DNA of 64,000 nt from Candidatus Omnitrophota bacterium (GCA_018813905.1 JAHJAO010000031.1:5922-69921); one strand, 5' to 3'. Counted from the stretch's first letter, positions 17,225-27,905 are shown. Program-made: numbers and translations. Notes: generated from the letters alone by a model not told the origin.

Positions 17225-18619
17225 TCAAGTTAAAATCTGATCAAGTTCCGGGCAATAATCTATCGCAGTTTGGCGGGAAATTAATTTACCGTAATATAAT
17301 CTTTTGAAACTTTCCGCGATTGTGTGCATTTTATACCGGGCACCGGTTTGAATGGCTGAAGGTATCTGGATGGTTTGTCCTTCCCGGATGTGATTGCGAA
17401 TCGCGTCGGTCATAATCATTACTTCAGTCGCGATGATTCTTGTCTCCCGATCCTGTTTTGGTACAAGAAGTTGGGTAACTATCCCCTGTAAGCTGTTGGC
17501 CAGCTGTACACAGGTCTGATGCCGTTGTTGCGGCGGAAAAATGCTTATTAACCGGTCAATGGCCTGGACCGTATCCGGAGCGTGCAAAGATGTGAGTACC
17601 AAATGCCCGGTTTCCGCGGCCGTGATAACCGTACGCACTGTTTCGGCGTCCAACAACTCTCCGACGAGGATCACGTCCGGGTCCTGTCGAAGTGCCCGCT
17701 TGAGAGCTACGGAAAAAGATAAGGTGTCTGTTCCGATTTCCCGTTGCTTGATAATTGAACTTATGTTTTTATGTATATATTCTATCGGGTCTTCCAGGCA
17801 GATAATTACCGCTTCCCGCTTTCTGTTTATTACATCGACCATCGCGGCCAGCGTTGTTGTCTTACCACATCCGGTAGGCCCGGCGATGACCACAATCCCC
17901 TTCTTTTTAAGGGCAAGTTCTTCGACCACGCTGGGCAGCCCCAGTTCATGAATTGTTTTTAAGTCCGGCATGATTACGCGAAAAGTCGCTTCCACATTAC
18001 CGCGTTGGACATGAATATTAGCGCGGAATCTTAAGTCCGGATTGGGTGAGAAAGCGAAATCCAGCTCCTTGAACTTTTCAAACCGGCTAATTTGCTCATC
18101 ACTCAAGATACTGTAGATCATATTTTTCAGTTCCCAAGTGCCTAAAACTTCCATCTCCAGCGGAACCAATCTTCCCTGGAGCCGCAGGACCGGCGGCCGA
18201 CCGTAGGTAAGATGCAAGTCTGAAGCTTTTCTTTGCGCGGTAATCTGCAAAAGCCGCAAGATATCCATAAGCTCAATACGCTTAATAATCGATTCTTTAT
18301 TAGCGCCTTTGATTTCCTCAAAGTTCATGCCGATGGCGTACATTTTATTTTTCAGCTCTTCCACTCTTACGACCCGGCTTATTACTTCGATGGGATCTTC
18401 GATTTTAGGCAGGCGGAACGTCAGCTTGATTTTTGTGTTTAAAGCGAAAGGTTTTTCATGTTCAATTTGCATGCCGGTAGTGCTGATGTCTTTGGCCACG
18501 GTTTCTATTGGGCTACCGCCTTTGCCTTCTTGGGAAATTTCTTCGAATTTTATTTTTAAACGCGACCGGATCCGGGTGCTTGAGCGCATATCCGCAAAGA
18601 TATCAAAATCTTCGTTCAT
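17225..18619 (-). CDS. PilT-family type IV pilus retraction ATPase with N-terminal PilZ domain (PilZ-PilT fusion)
   Basis: The N-terminus carries PilZ motifs RSSTR (RxxxR) and DISTTG (DxSxxG). The core has Walker A GPTGCGKTT, plus an Asp box and His box typical of PilT. Confidence 0.85.
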   Translation of the reverse strand: MNEDFDIFADMRSSTRIRSRLKIKFEEISQEGKGGSPIETVAKDISTTGMQIEHEKPFALNTKIKLTFRLPKIEDPIEVISRVVRVEELKNKMYAIGMNFEEIKGANKESIIKRIELMDILRLLQITAQRKASDLHLTYGRPPVLRLQGRLVPLEMEVLGTWELKNMIYSILSDEQISRFEKFKELDFAFSPNPDLRFRANIHVQRGNVEATFRVIMPDLKTIHELGLPSVVEELALKKKGIVVIAGPTGCGKTTTLAAMVDVINRKREAVIICLEDPIEYIHKNISSIIKQREIGTDTLSFSVALKRALRQDPDVILVGELLDAETVRTVITAAETGHLVLTSLHAPDTVQAIDRLISIFPPQQRHQTCVQLANSLQGIVTQLLVPKQDRETRIIATEVMIMTDAIRNHIREGQTIQIPSAIQTGARYKMHTIAESFKRLYYGKLISRQTAIDYCPELDQILT

Positions 18620-18641
18620 AATTAAAACTCCTTTGCCTTTT

Positions 18642-21600
18642 TTAGTTTTTTAGATTGATAAAAATGTCTTCTTTGTTTAATAAGCGTTCCAATTCCGAAA
18701 GCAGAAGTGAGTTAACTTCCACTTTGGCGTTTGCCTTTATTTTAACACTTTTTCCCTTTTTTGAATACATTTGAAGATGAACGGGTATTTTGCCCGGATG
18801 CGAAAGCAGGACTTCTTTTAATCGGTGAAATACTTTATCTTTTTCGTCTAATGTGCTTATATTCAAACGGATGCTGTCAACCAACTCTTGGTTTGCCGTT
18901 TCGATTGGAACGATGAGCGAACTTATTATTTTTGGATTTTCCTCCCGCATGTCCAGCCGCCCCTTAATAATTACTACCGCGTCGGCTTGGATGTTTATTG
19001 CCGACTGCTTGTAAACTTGCGGGAATACCAGGACCTCGATAGACGATTCGGTATCGGCAACCTTTAAAATCGCCATCTTCTCACCGGTTCTTTTGGTTAC
19101 AGTGATTTTGACTTTTTCCAGAATGCCGGCAATGATAATATCTTTTTGAGTTTTATTTTCGCCGTTTATGATCTGTGAAATGCTGGGTATGGAATATCTT
19201 TGGAGGATTTCCTGGTATTGCTGTAAAGGATGAGCCGTGATGTAAAAACCCAGCATCGCTTTTTCAAAAGAAAGCAGCTGTGGCAGGGGCCATTCCTCGA
19301 TTGCGGGCAGGTTGTTTTTCTGGGCGGTGTTTTGGATATCCTCAAAAAGCAGGAGTTGTCCGTTTTGCTTGTCTTTTTGCATGGAACCTGCCAGCCCCAG
19401 AATGCTTTCTAAATCGTTTGCCAGCTGGGCGCGGCGCTGAGAGAAACGGTCGAATGCGCCGCATTTTATCAGGCTTTCGATGACTTTTTTATTTACCGCC
19501 TTTGAATCCCCTCGTTCGCAGAAGTTAAATAAAGAAATAAACGGCCCGCCGGATTTGCGGCAGTTGATGATTGTTTCTACTGCGGCCCCGCCTACGTTCT
19601 TTACCGCGGTCAGGCCGAACCGGATAGTATCTTCTCCCACGACCGTAAACTGGGAATAGCTTTCGTTTATGTCCGGCGGCAGAATTTTTATTTTCATCCG
19701 GGCAGCTTCATTTATGTAGAGGGCGATTTTGTCCATATTGTCTTTTTCACTTGTAAGCAAGGCGGCCATAAACTCTACGGGATAATGGGCTTTTAGGAAT
19801 GCGGTTTGGTACGATATTAAGGCGTAGGCGGTGGAGTGGCTTTTGTTAAAGCCATACCCGGCAAAGAATTCGATCAGGCTGAATATTTTTTCCGCGATCT
19901 TGTGCTTTATATTATTTTTTGCCGCGCCTTCGATAAATGATTTCTTCATGTTTTCGATAACTTCCGGTGTTTTCTTGCTCATGGCTCGCCGGAGCAAATC
20001 GGCTTGAGAGAGTGAAAATCCGGCTAAAACGTTTGTGATGCGCATTACCTGCTCCTGGTACAGGATAATCCCGTGCGTATTTTTTAGTATCGGTTCAAGC
20101 AGCGGGTGGTCATAGTGGGTTTTTTCCCCTTCCCGTTTTCGTTTTATGAAGTCATCGACCATGCCGCTGCCTAACGGGCCGGGCCGGTATAAGGCAAGCA
20201 GCGCGATGATATCCTCAAATTTGTCGGGGCTTAAGCGTTTTAAGAGGTCGCGCATGCCTGAGCTTTCCAGCTGGAAGACGCCGAAGGTGTTCGCTTTTTT
20301 AAACAGCGTTAAGGTTTTTTTATCCGCCAGCTCAAGCTGGCTTATATCCAGCGTTAGTCCTTTTGTGCGTTTGATTATCTTTAAAGTTTCGTTGATTACG
20401 GTTAAAGTTTTAAGTCCTAAGAAGTCCATTTTAAGCAAGCCGATCTTTTCGATGGATTTCATCGTGTATCCAGTTGTAATCTGGTCATCGTTGGATTTAA
20501 AAAGCGGGATATAATCATGGAGCGGTTTGTCGCTGATTACTACGCCCGCGGCATGCGTGGACGCGTGACGGGTTAATCCCTCCAGTACATAGGCGATATC
20601 AATTAATTTTTTTATCGTATCGTTTGACTTATAAGCCAGCGCCAGGTCCGGTTCATCGGCTACTGCCTGGGCGAGGCTGATATTTAAGTCGTTCGGAATG
20701 AGTTTAGCGATTTTATCCACTTCTGCATAGGGTATATCCAGGACTCTTCCGACGTCGCGTACCACGCCTTTAGCGGCCATGGTGCCAAAAGTAATAATTT
20801 GCGCGACGTTGTCCTTGCCGTATTTTTCCGTAACATATTTTATTACCTCATCGCGGCGTTCATAGCAAAAGTCGATATCTATATCCGGGAAACTGATGCG
20901 TTTGGGATTTAAGAATCGTTCAAAAAGCAGATCGTATTTTAACGGGTCAATCTGGGTTATGCCTAACAGATAGCTTACGATGCTTCCGGCGGCCGAACCT
21001 CTACCCGGACCGACGGGAATTTTGTTTTCCTTGGCAAAACGGACAAAATCGGAAACGATTAGAAAGTAACTTGTGAACCCGAGGGTTTTTATTACTGATA
21101 ATTCGTGTATGAGCCGGTCTTTCGCTTCCTGCGAGTTGTTTTGGTAAAGCGCCGGGATTTTTTCCTGGCATAGTTTATCCAGAAATTCAATTTCGTTTAC
21201 GCCATCCGGAAGTTTGTAATGCGGAAAATGGATTTTATTGAAATCCAGTTCCAGGTTGCACATCTCCGTGATTTTTATCGTGTTGGAGATAGCTTTCGGC
21301 ACATCGTGGAATATTCTTTTAATCTCATCGGCGGACTTAAAGTAAAATTCGTTTGTCGAGAATTTCATTCTTTTATTATCCGACAATGTGGTCTGGGTTT
21401 GAATGCAAAGCAGGACTTCATGGGCTATGGCCATTTCTTTCTTTAAATAGTGTACGTCATTGGTCGCGATTAGCGGAATACCCAAATCCCGGCCCAATTT
21501 TATTAATGCTTTATTTACCTGCTGTTGCTCTTTTAAGCCGTGGTCCATTATTTCCAGATAGAAATTATCCGGTCCGAACAAGTCCCGGTAGTAAACAGCC

Positions 21601-22082
21601 ACATCAACCGCATTTTTTTCTTGATCGGCTAAAATCAGGGAGGCGATTTCGCCCTTCAGGCACCCGCTTAAAGCAATGAGCCCTTTGGAAAAGCTGGATA
21701 AAACCTCCTTATCTATCCGGGGCTTATAGTAAAATCCTTCAAGATAAGCGATGGACACAAGCCGCATTAAATTGTGGTAGCCCTCTTCGTCTTTTATCAA
21801 GAGAGTCAAGTGGTGATTAGGGCTTTTAATGCCTTTTTCCCCTTTTTCATGGCGGCTGTTTTTTGCAACGTATATTTCACAGCCGATAATGGGCTTGACC
21901 CCTTTTTTATTTGCTTCGATGTAGAACTCAATGGCACCGAAGATATTGCCGTGGTCGGTAATACCCAGCGCCGGCATGCGCAGGGCCTGCGCGGTGTCGA
22001 TGAGTTTGGAAATCTGGCATGCTCCGTCGAGCAAACTATATTGGCTGTGTACATGAAGATGGACAAAATCTGAATGAATCAT
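18642..22082 (-). CDS. dnaE: DNA polymerase III alpha subunit
   Basis: 1146 aa. N-terminal PHP domain (HLHVHSQYSLLDGA). The Pol IIIalpha core is recognisable throughout. A C-terminal OB region follows. Confidence 0.95.
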   Translation of the reverse strand: MIHSDFVHLHVHSQYSLLDGACQISKLIDTAQALRMPALGITDHGNIFGAIEFYIEANKKGVKPIIGCEIYVAKNSRHEKGEKGIKSPNHHLTLLIKDEEGYHNLMRLVSIAYLEGFYYKPRIDKEVLSSFSKGLIALSGCLKGEIASLILADQEKNAVDVAVYYRDLFGPDNFYLEIMDHGLKEQQQVNKALIKLGRDLGIPLIATNDVHYLKKEMAIAHEVLLCIQTQTTLSDNKRMKFSTNEFYFKSADEIKRIFHDVPKAISNTIKITEMCNLELDFNKIHFPHYKLPDGVNEIEFLDKLCQEKIPALYQNNSQEAKDRLIHELSVIKTLGFTSYFLIVSDFVRFAKENKIPVGPGRGSAAGSIVSYLLGITQIDPLKYDLLFERFLNPKRISFPDIDIDFCYERRDEVIKYVTEKYGKDNVAQIITFGTMAAKGVVRDVGRVLDIPYAEVDKIAKLIPNDLNISLAQAVADEPDLALAYKSNDTIKKLIDIAYVLEGLTRHASTHAAGVVISDKPLHDYIPLFKSNDDQITTGYTMKSIEKIGLLKMDFLGLKTLTVINETLKIIKRTKGLTLDISQLELADKKTLTLFKKANTFGVFQLESSGMRDLLKRLSPDKFEDIIALLALYRPGPLGSGMVDDFIKRKREGEKTHYDHPLLEPILKNTHGIILYQEQVMRITNVLAGFSLSQADLLRRAMSKKTPEVIENMKKSFIEGAAKNNIKHKIAEKIFSLIEFFAGYGFNKSHSTAYALISYQTAFLKAHYPVEFMAALLTSEKDNMDKIALYINEAARMKIKILPPDINESYSQFTVVGEDTIRFGLTAVKNVGGAAVETIINCRKSGGPFISLFNFCERGDSKAVNKKVIESLIKCGAFDRFSQRRAQLANDLESILGLAGSMQKDKQNGQLLLFEDIQNTAQKNNLPAIEEWPLPQLLSFEKAMLGFYITAHPLQQYQEILQRYSIPSISQIINGENKTQKDIIIAGILEKVKITVTKRTGEKMAILKVADTESSIEVLVFPQVYKQSAINIQADAVVIIKGRLDMREENPKIISSLIVPIETANQELVDSIRLNISTLDEKDKVFHRLKEVLLSHPGKIPVHLQMYSKKGKSVKIKANAKVEVNSLLLSELERLLNKEDIFINLKN

Positions 22083-22089
22083 AAGTTAT

Positions 22090-23628
22090 TTATTCCCATT
22101 CTATGGTTGCCGGCGGTTTAGAACTTATATCATAAACCACGCGGTTGACGCCTTTAACTTCGTTAATAATGCGGTTAGAAACTTTCCCCAGTAAATCCGG
22201 CGGCAATTTTGCCCAGTCTGCGGTCATGCCGTCGACACTGGTTACCGCGCGCAGCGCAACCGTATTCTCGTAGGTGCGTTCGTCCCCCATGACCCCGACG
22301 CTTTTAACCGGAAGTAGCACCGTAAATGCCTGCCAGATTTTGTTGTACAATCCTTGATTTCTTATTTCTTCAATTAAAAGCACGTCGGCACGGCGCAATA
22401 TTTCCAGGCGTTTTTTTGTTACCGCGCCGACTATTCTTACCGCCAGTCCGGGCCCGGGGAAAGGATGCCGTTGGATAAATTCGTTTGGCAGTTTGAGTTC
22501 TCGGCCCAAGATGCGGACTTCGTCCTTGAATAAATATTTTAAGGGCTCGATTAATTTTAAATGCATCTTTTTAGGCAGGCCGCCGACGTTGTGATGACTT
22601 TTTATTTTTGCGCTCGGGCCGCCGAAGACCGAACGGCTTTCAATAACGTCAGGATATAAGGTCCCTTGCGCTAAAAACTTTATGTTGCGTATTCTTTTAG
22701 CTTCCTGTTCAAAGACGCGGATAAATAACCTTCCGATTATTTTCCGTTTTTTTTCCGGGTCAATAACGCCTTTTAACTGTTTTAAAAACAGGTTTTGCGC
22801 GTTTATATAATGGAAATTCATGTGATAATGTTTTTGGAACGTGTCGCGGACATGTTGGGATTCTTTTATCCGCAGCAGGCCGTTATCGACAAAGATACAG
22901 TGTAATTTTTTTTTGAGCGCTTTATGCAGGAGTACGGCGCATACTGATGAATCCACGCCTCCGCTTAACCCCAGTACCAGCGAAGATTTTCCTACATTGT
23001 AGTGGAGTTGTTTTACCGCGTCTTTAATGAACGATTTCATTGTCCAGAGCCCATGGCAACCGCAGATGTTGTATAAAAAGTTTTTTATGATGTTTTTTCC
23101 CTCGGGCGTATGCACGACTTCGGGATGGAATTGAACGCCGTATATTTTTAGTTTGCGGTTTGCGAAACATGCGATACGGCAGTTGCGGCTGTATGCCAAA
23201 ACCTTAAAATCTTTCGGCAGTTTTATCACTTTATCTCCGTGGCTCATCCAGGTGATAATTTTAGTATCTAATTTTGCGAAAAGGTCTTTTTTGTCTTGGA
23301 TGTAGAGTTCGGTCTTGCCGTATTCGCGTGCCGTTGCTTTGCCGACACATCCGCCGAAATACTGCGCCGTAAGCTGCATGCCGTAGCAAATACCTAAAAT
23401 GGGAATTCGCAGTTTGAAAATATTTTTATCGCAACGGGGCGCGTTTTTCTGGGTTAAACTGGAAGGGCCGCCGGAAAAGATTATTCCGCTCGGGGAAAGC
23501 GCCCTGAGGCGGTCCGCATTGATTTGTGGTGGATAGATTTCGCAATACACATTGCATTCCCGGATACGCCGGGCGATAAGCTGGCTGTACTGTGAACCGA
23601 AATCGATAATGGCGATAAATTCCTTCAT
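22090..23628 (-). CDS. guaA: GMP synthase (glutamine-hydrolysing)
   Basis: GATase (ICYGMQ) and ATP-PPase SGGVDSSV motifs, plus the C-terminal dimerisation domain. Confidence 0.95.
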   Translation of the reverse strand: MKEFIAIIDFGSQYSQLIARRIRECNVYCEIYPPQINADRLRALSPSGIIFSGGPSSLTQKNAPRCDKNIFKLRIPILGICYGMQLTAQYFGGCVGKATAREYGKTELYIQDKKDLFAKLDTKIITWMSHGDKVIKLPKDFKVLAYSRNCRIACFANRKLKIYGVQFHPEVVHTPEGKNIIKNFLYNICGCHGLWTMKSFIKDAVKQLHYNVGKSSLVLGLSGGVDSSVCAVLLHKALKKKLHCIFVDNGLLRIKESQHVRDTFQKHYHMNFHYINAQNLFLKQLKGVIDPEKKRKIIGRLFIRVFEQEAKRIRNIKFLAQGTLYPDVIESRSVFGGPSAKIKSHHNVGGLPKKMHLKLIEPLKYLFKDEVRILGRELKLPNEFIQRHPFPGPGLAVRIVGAVTKKRLEILRRADVLLIEEIRNQGLYNKIWQAFTVLLPVKSVGVMGDERTYENTVALRAVTSVDGMTADWAKLPPDLLGKVSNRIINEVKGVNRVVYDISSKPPATIEWE

Positions 23629-24092
23629 ATTTTTAATATCCGGTATAGTTCGTCCAGAGATTGGGAAATTATTTTTGTACCGGCCAGTACCGGCATGAAA
23701 TTTGTATCCGCCTCCCAGCGCGGAACGATGTGGATATGCAAATGCCGGTCAAATCCGGCCCCGCCGCATTTGCCGATGTTCATACCCACATTAAATCCTT
23801 GAGCTTTAAGCTTTGATTTTAATTTTCGCGTTGATTCTATGGTCAAGCTCAACATGTCGTTTAATTCTTTTTGGGTGAGTTTTTCAAGATCCGCTATGTG
23901 GCGGTAAGGGGCGACTAATATATGGCCGTTGTTGTAAGGGAAAATATTCAGCATGGAATAAGCGTATTTTTTGCGTCTGATGAGATAATTTTTGCGGTCT
24001 TTGTCCTCTTTTGGTTTTTGGCAGAAGATACAGCGCTTATTTTTCTTTGCGGTGATGTATTTAATCCTCCAAGGGGCCCATAGTTTGTTCAT
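23625..24092 (-). CDS. HIT family hydrolase
   Basis: Histidine triad HLHIHIVPR. Confidence 0.8.
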   Translation of the reverse strand: MNKLWAPWRIKYITAKKNKRCIFCQKPKEDKDRKNYLIRRKKYAYSMLNIFPYNNGHILVAPYRHIADLEKLTQKELNDMLSLTIESTRKLKSKLKAQGFNVGMNIGKCGGAGFDRHLHIHIVPRWEADTNFMPVLAGTKIISQSLDELYRILKI

Positions 24093-24913
24093 TTACCGGT
24101 TTCCTTTTCTTTTTTTAACCTTTCTTTTCCCTCTTCAAAAAAAGGATGGGCGAATTTTGTCGTCCATGTTTTTTGTTCGAATGTCCTGTTTTGTATTGTT
24201 TCGATAAAGCGCTTGAATTCCTCGAAGTATGAGCCGTAAATATGAAAACTATCGCTGATATCTACATACCGGCCGACACTTATGGGTTTGCCGATTTTTT
24301 GAGAAAGTTGCCCGGCGATTTTTACTTGCAGTTCAATTAAGGCGAACATATTCATAAATGACGCTTTAAAGGCGTCCCGGGAACGCCAGTGTGTGTTGAA
24401 ATTGAGATAAAACATCCCGTCGTCCGCTTGGCTGAGCCTGAACCACAGCCGTTGCAGGCATGGTGGGTCGTAAGTTTGAATGTCCAGGGCGGGATTCCAG
24501 GTTATTGCCTGTGCCCGCCGCGAATAAGGGGCATGTATAAGTTTTTCCATGCAGTAATTAATCTGGTCTATATGTTTTCCCTCAACTTCATAATTAAATA
24601 TGCGTTTATGGTACGTATAAGTCCATTTTCCTTCATCTGGGTTAATCCAATGGTCATGGACGCCGTCAACTACTTCCTGTTTATAAATTTCCAAATCCTC
24701 AAGGCTACCGGGAAAGGCCCGGTGGATGCGTGGTTCTTTAAGCGGAGATTTTATAACCATGATCATGGTGCAGTCGCGGCTGGGGTTATCCCCCTGTTTA
24801 TCATATTCTGTCGGGATAGAATGTCCGTCCTGCCAGGTTTTTAAGACCGCTTGTTCCCAGACTTCCGGCAGGGTTTCTGCCTCGATATGAAATACCGGTA
24901 TTTGTCCCTTCAT
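24089..24913 (-). CDS. Thymidylate synthase superfamily protein (divergent, archaeal/methanogen-like ThyA or dUMP/dCMP hydroxymethylase-like)
   Basis: RRAQAITWNPALD (compare ThyA WNP), a PPC nucleophile context, HWRSRD (compare QRSxD), and DSFHIY. The start is set at the internal Met, which gives an ATGA overlap with the upstream gene. Confidence 0.6.
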   Translation of the reverse strand: MKGQIPVFHIEAETLPEVWEQAVLKTWQDGHSIPTEYDKQGDNPSRDCTMIMVIKSPLKEPRIHRAFPGSLEDLEIYKQEVVDGVHDHWINPDEGKWTYTYHKRIFNYEVEGKHIDQINYCMEKLIHAPYSRRAQAITWNPALDIQTYDPPCLQRLWFRLSQADDGMFYLNFNTHWRSRDAFKASFMNMFALIELQVKIAGQLSQKIGKPISVGRYVDISDSFHIYGSYFEEFKRFIETIQNRTFEQKTWTTKFAHPFFEEGKERLKKEKETGK

Positions 24914-25401
24914 AACTTTATAATTTTTCCCCTTTTTACCGCGTTTAATTCCAGAATTCCGATTGTATTTTCGCATTTTGCCGATTTGTCCGAAGCGCTG
25001 CCTGGATTAAAATAAAGAATTCCCTCTTTTTCTTCGTTGTAGGGTTCGTGGGAATGGCCGAAAACGATTATATCCACGCTGTCTTTGGTGAACGCCTCAG
25101 TTACGTATTTTAGCAGGTTTTTCGGCGGTCCCCAACCGTGGATTAAGCCGATCGAATATTTGCCTACAGTTATAATTTTTTTCTTAGGCAGAATCGCCTC
25201 AACGTTCGGAAGGTCCATATTGCCGCAAACCGCCTCAACACGCTTGCTTAATTTTTTAAGCTCGTTTAAAGTGCCCAGGTCTACCAGGTCGCCGGCGTGC
25301 AGAATCAGTTCGACACCCTGAAAGTATTTCTCAATATTTTTAGGTAATGTTTTTGAAAAAAACGGAATATGCGTATCTGAAATAACTCCTACCTTAATCA
25401 T
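24910..25401 (-). CDS. YfcE-like metallophosphoesterase
   Basis: MIKVGVISDTHIP, HAGDLVD and IVFGHSHEP motifs. Confidence 0.8.
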   Translation of the reverse strand: MIKVGVISDTHIPFFSKTLPKNIEKYFQGVELILHAGDLVDLGTLNELKKLSKRVEAVCGNMDLPNVEAILPKKKIITVGKYSIGLIHGWGPPKNLLKYVTEAFTKDSVDIIVFGHSHEPYNEEKEGILYFNPGSASDKSAKCENTIGILELNAVKRGKIIKL

Positions 25402-27023
25402 TTTATAATCCGGGGTTTTTCAAAAATAGCCAACAATTCATTAAGCGTATCTTGGTTCCAAATCCAGGCACGGGCGTCCAGTGCTTTTAGTCGGGCGTTG
25501 ACGTCGATGCCGTCCAAAGCAATTAAGATCTTTTTAATGCACTTTTGCCCCTTGGACGCAGCTAAAAAATAGTTGATTTGCGCCTCATCCACAAAGCTGT
25601 TTTCTACGCAGCAAACCCACCATTTTTTTAACCGCTTTGCGCTCAGCACTGTCGTGCTGTTAATATCTTTTATATCTATTTGATCGAAGTGTGTCAACAT
25701 AAACTTTTTCTTGTCGAGCTCGATGATATCGTTTTCGAACATTTCAAACAATTCTTTCAGTCGTAGCCCCACGCTTTTACCAGATTCCTGAATAAATGAA
25801 TTCAACAATTTGCGGATTTTCTCCAAAAACATATTTTCCGCGTGCTTGTAATCTATATTGAACGAGCCGCGTTTTTTTTCAAAAACAAATTTTAACCAGC
25901 GGGAAAAAAGGGTGTCGTTTATATAAAGGAACGCGCCTTTACGGCTGATGATGTCCTTTTGGACGAGTTTATTCAAATGGCGATTGACTTCCTGCGGTTT
26001 TTTGTTCAAAATCGCGCAAATCCGGGATGCTTTTTTCTGTCCGTTAGAAATAGAAAGCAGTATCGAATTTAATAACTCTGAACCGTTATTTTTATGAATT
26101 TCGCCATGTTTATTATTAAAATACAAATTTAATATGCCGTGGTCGTTATGCAGGGTCTGCGAGATGGAGGCAAGTAAAATCTTTTCGTTCAAATCCTTGC
26201 TTTGCGTATCGATGCAACTGTTTTTTATCTGGTTGGTTATGACTTGCAGGTAAAACGGATACCCACCCGTAAAAAAAATCAGGAAATTCTTTAAGATTTC
26301 TGGGATATTGAAATTAGGTAACCTTTCTTCGATGAACCATTTGGCGGTTGCGTTGTCGAACGGCTGTAACTTTAAGGTCTCAAAGTTTCCGAACAAGAGG
26401 CTTAATTTGCGGCTTAAAATATCTTCCGCCGTGAAAGTTGCGGAGCTTGCCAGAATATACATCGTATTTTTTTGTAGCATTATTTTGTTGCTTAATTCTA
26501 TAAATGGCGCCTCAAAAACAAATGAATCGAGGTTGTGAAATTCGTCCAAGATTAATAATACGGGCTTTTTCGTTTCGTCGAAAAAAACCTGAGGCAGATC
26601 AAAGACGGAGGAATAAATTTCTTTATCCGGAGCCTTTTCCTTTATTAATTTTAAAATGGAAGCGATGACTTTTGCGGTTTTAGGAATTTTGTCCCGGCAG
26701 TTATTTAAAAGAACTTCCAGTCCCTCCTCCATTGCTTCGCCGGATTTGCTTAAAAACTGGTAAAGTAAAACACCGACAAAATTCTGCGCAAAATGCGCAA
26801 TCGAACCGGATTTTACTTCGATGTAAATGGGTAAGATTTCAAAATTCTTTATCCGGTTCAACAAATTGAATATTATTGTGGTTTTGCCCAGTCCTTCATA
26901 TCCTAAGATAGCAATATTTTGGCGGTATTGCTTGCGGAACGCGGTTACCCGCTTCAAAAGCAGATTTAAAATATCGTCCCGTTCAGTTGTTTTGTAACTT
27001 TGCTGAATAATTTTTGTATCCAT
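25398..27023 (-). CDS. ATP-binding protein, Arch_ATPase (PF01637-like) domain with DUF234-like C-terminal region
   Basis: Walker A GYEGLGKTT, Walker B LLILDEF, and a long helical C-terminus. Confidence 0.65.
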   Translation of the reverse strand: MDTKIIQQSYKTTERDDILNLLLKRVTAFRKQYRQNIAILGYEGLGKTTIIFNLLNRIKNFEILPIYIEVKSGSIAHFAQNFVGVLLYQFLSKSGEAMEEGLEVLLNNCRDKIPKTAKVIASILKLIKEKAPDKEIYSSVFDLPQVFFDETKKPVLLILDEFHNLDSFVFEAPFIELSNKIMLQKNTMYILASSATFTAEDILSRKLSLLFGNFETLKLQPFDNATAKWFIEERLPNFNIPEILKNFLIFFTGGYPFYLQVITNQIKNSCIDTQSKDLNEKILLASISQTLHNDHGILNLYFNNKHGEIHKNNGSELLNSILLSISNGQKKASRICAILNKKPQEVNRHLNKLVQKDIISRKGAFLYINDTLFSRWLKFVFEKKRGSFNIDYKHAENMFLEKIRKLLNSFIQESGKSVGLRLKELFEMFENDIIELDKKKFMLTHFDQIDIKDINSTTVLSAKRLKKWWVCCVENSFVDEAQINYFLAASKGQKCIKKILIALDGIDVNARLKALDARAWIWNQDTLNELLAIFEKPRIIK

Positions 27024-27052
27024 AGCTACTTGGCAAATTTTTGCGTATTTTT

Positions 27053-27742
27053 TTACGGCAAATAATATAGTGGATTTTTAGGCCGGTTGTTTTGTCTGAG
27101 TTCAAAATGCAACAGGCTCTGCGAAGTTCTTCCGGTTGAACCGGCCCGGGCGATAGTCTGCCCCTGCTTTACGTAGTCGCCGGCTTTAACCAGAATTTCC
27201 TCATTGTACGCGTAGACGGTCGTAAAATTATTTTGATGCTGAATGATTATGGTTTTCCCGTAACCGCGCATATTTTGCGAGGTAAAGATTACATTACCGG
27301 ACGCTGCGGCGTTTATGACCAGGCCCCTTTTTGCCGAAATATCAATCCCCGGATTTTTAACATTTAGCTTTTCCTGATTGAAGAAGTAAATTATTTGCCC
27401 CTTGCACGGCCAGACAAATTCAACGGATAAGCTTGAGTCGGAAAATGTTTTTTTCATTTTGCGCAAATTATCCGGGATGAAAACTTTTTGCCCTATTTCG
27501 ATTTTGCAGGCGTCATTTATTTTATTGACGGAGGCAAGTTTCGCCAAGTCCACGTCATAGTTTTGACTTATTTGCCATAATGTCTCTCCTTTTCTGACAG
27601 TATGGTATATGCCCGATTCCTCAAAGACCGCCGGAGGCATGCATGTGATTTCGCGGCTGGGAATGAAACGGCTTTTTCCCGCGCACCCGCATAAAAGGAG
27701 TAAAGATATTATTAAACAGGTGTTTTTTGTAAATTTATTCAT
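27053..27742 (-). CDS. LysM domain-containing M23 family peptidase (lipoprotein-like N-terminus)
   Basis: LysM: TVRKGETLWQISQNYDVDLAKLASVN. M23: GIDISA...HFELRQNNRPKNP. Confidence 0.85.
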   Translation of the reverse strand: MNKFTKNTCLIISLLLLCGCAGKSRFIPSREITCMPPAVFEESGIYHTVRKGETLWQISQNYDVDLAKLASVNKINDACKIEIGQKVFIPDNLRKMKKTFSDSSLSVEFVWPCKGQIIYFFNQEKLNVKNPGIDISAKRGLVINAAASGNVIFTSQNMRGYGKTIIIQHQNNFTTVYAYNEEILVKAGDYVKQGQTIARAGSTGRTSQSLLHFELRQNNRPKNPLYYLP

Positions 27743-27905
27743 TATTATTGTTCTTTATGCACTCACTTACGCCCCCGTGAAAATCAAAGATTTTCCGGGA
27801 CTAAGTCCTTGGAATTTCTTAGAAATTCCTAAGGGTCACAATCCTGCTTGCTCGCCCTCCCTTTTGGTCGGCGTGAGCTTGCTTCGATTCCCCATTTAAG
27901 TTATC

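Noticed and set aside
18642-22082. Numerous 60-160-aa antisense or alternate-frame ORFs inside dnaE, guaA, thiC, accC, the PilT genes and others
   Set aside because: They are fully contained within long, motif-rich genes on the other strand or frame and are typical shadow ORFs.
27860-27900. Plus-strand tRNA-like T-loop (GCTTCGATTCCCC) just upstream of tRNA-Gly
   Set aside because: No complementary T-stem, acceptor or anticodon arm could be built. It is probably chance similarity to the TTCGATTCC motif.
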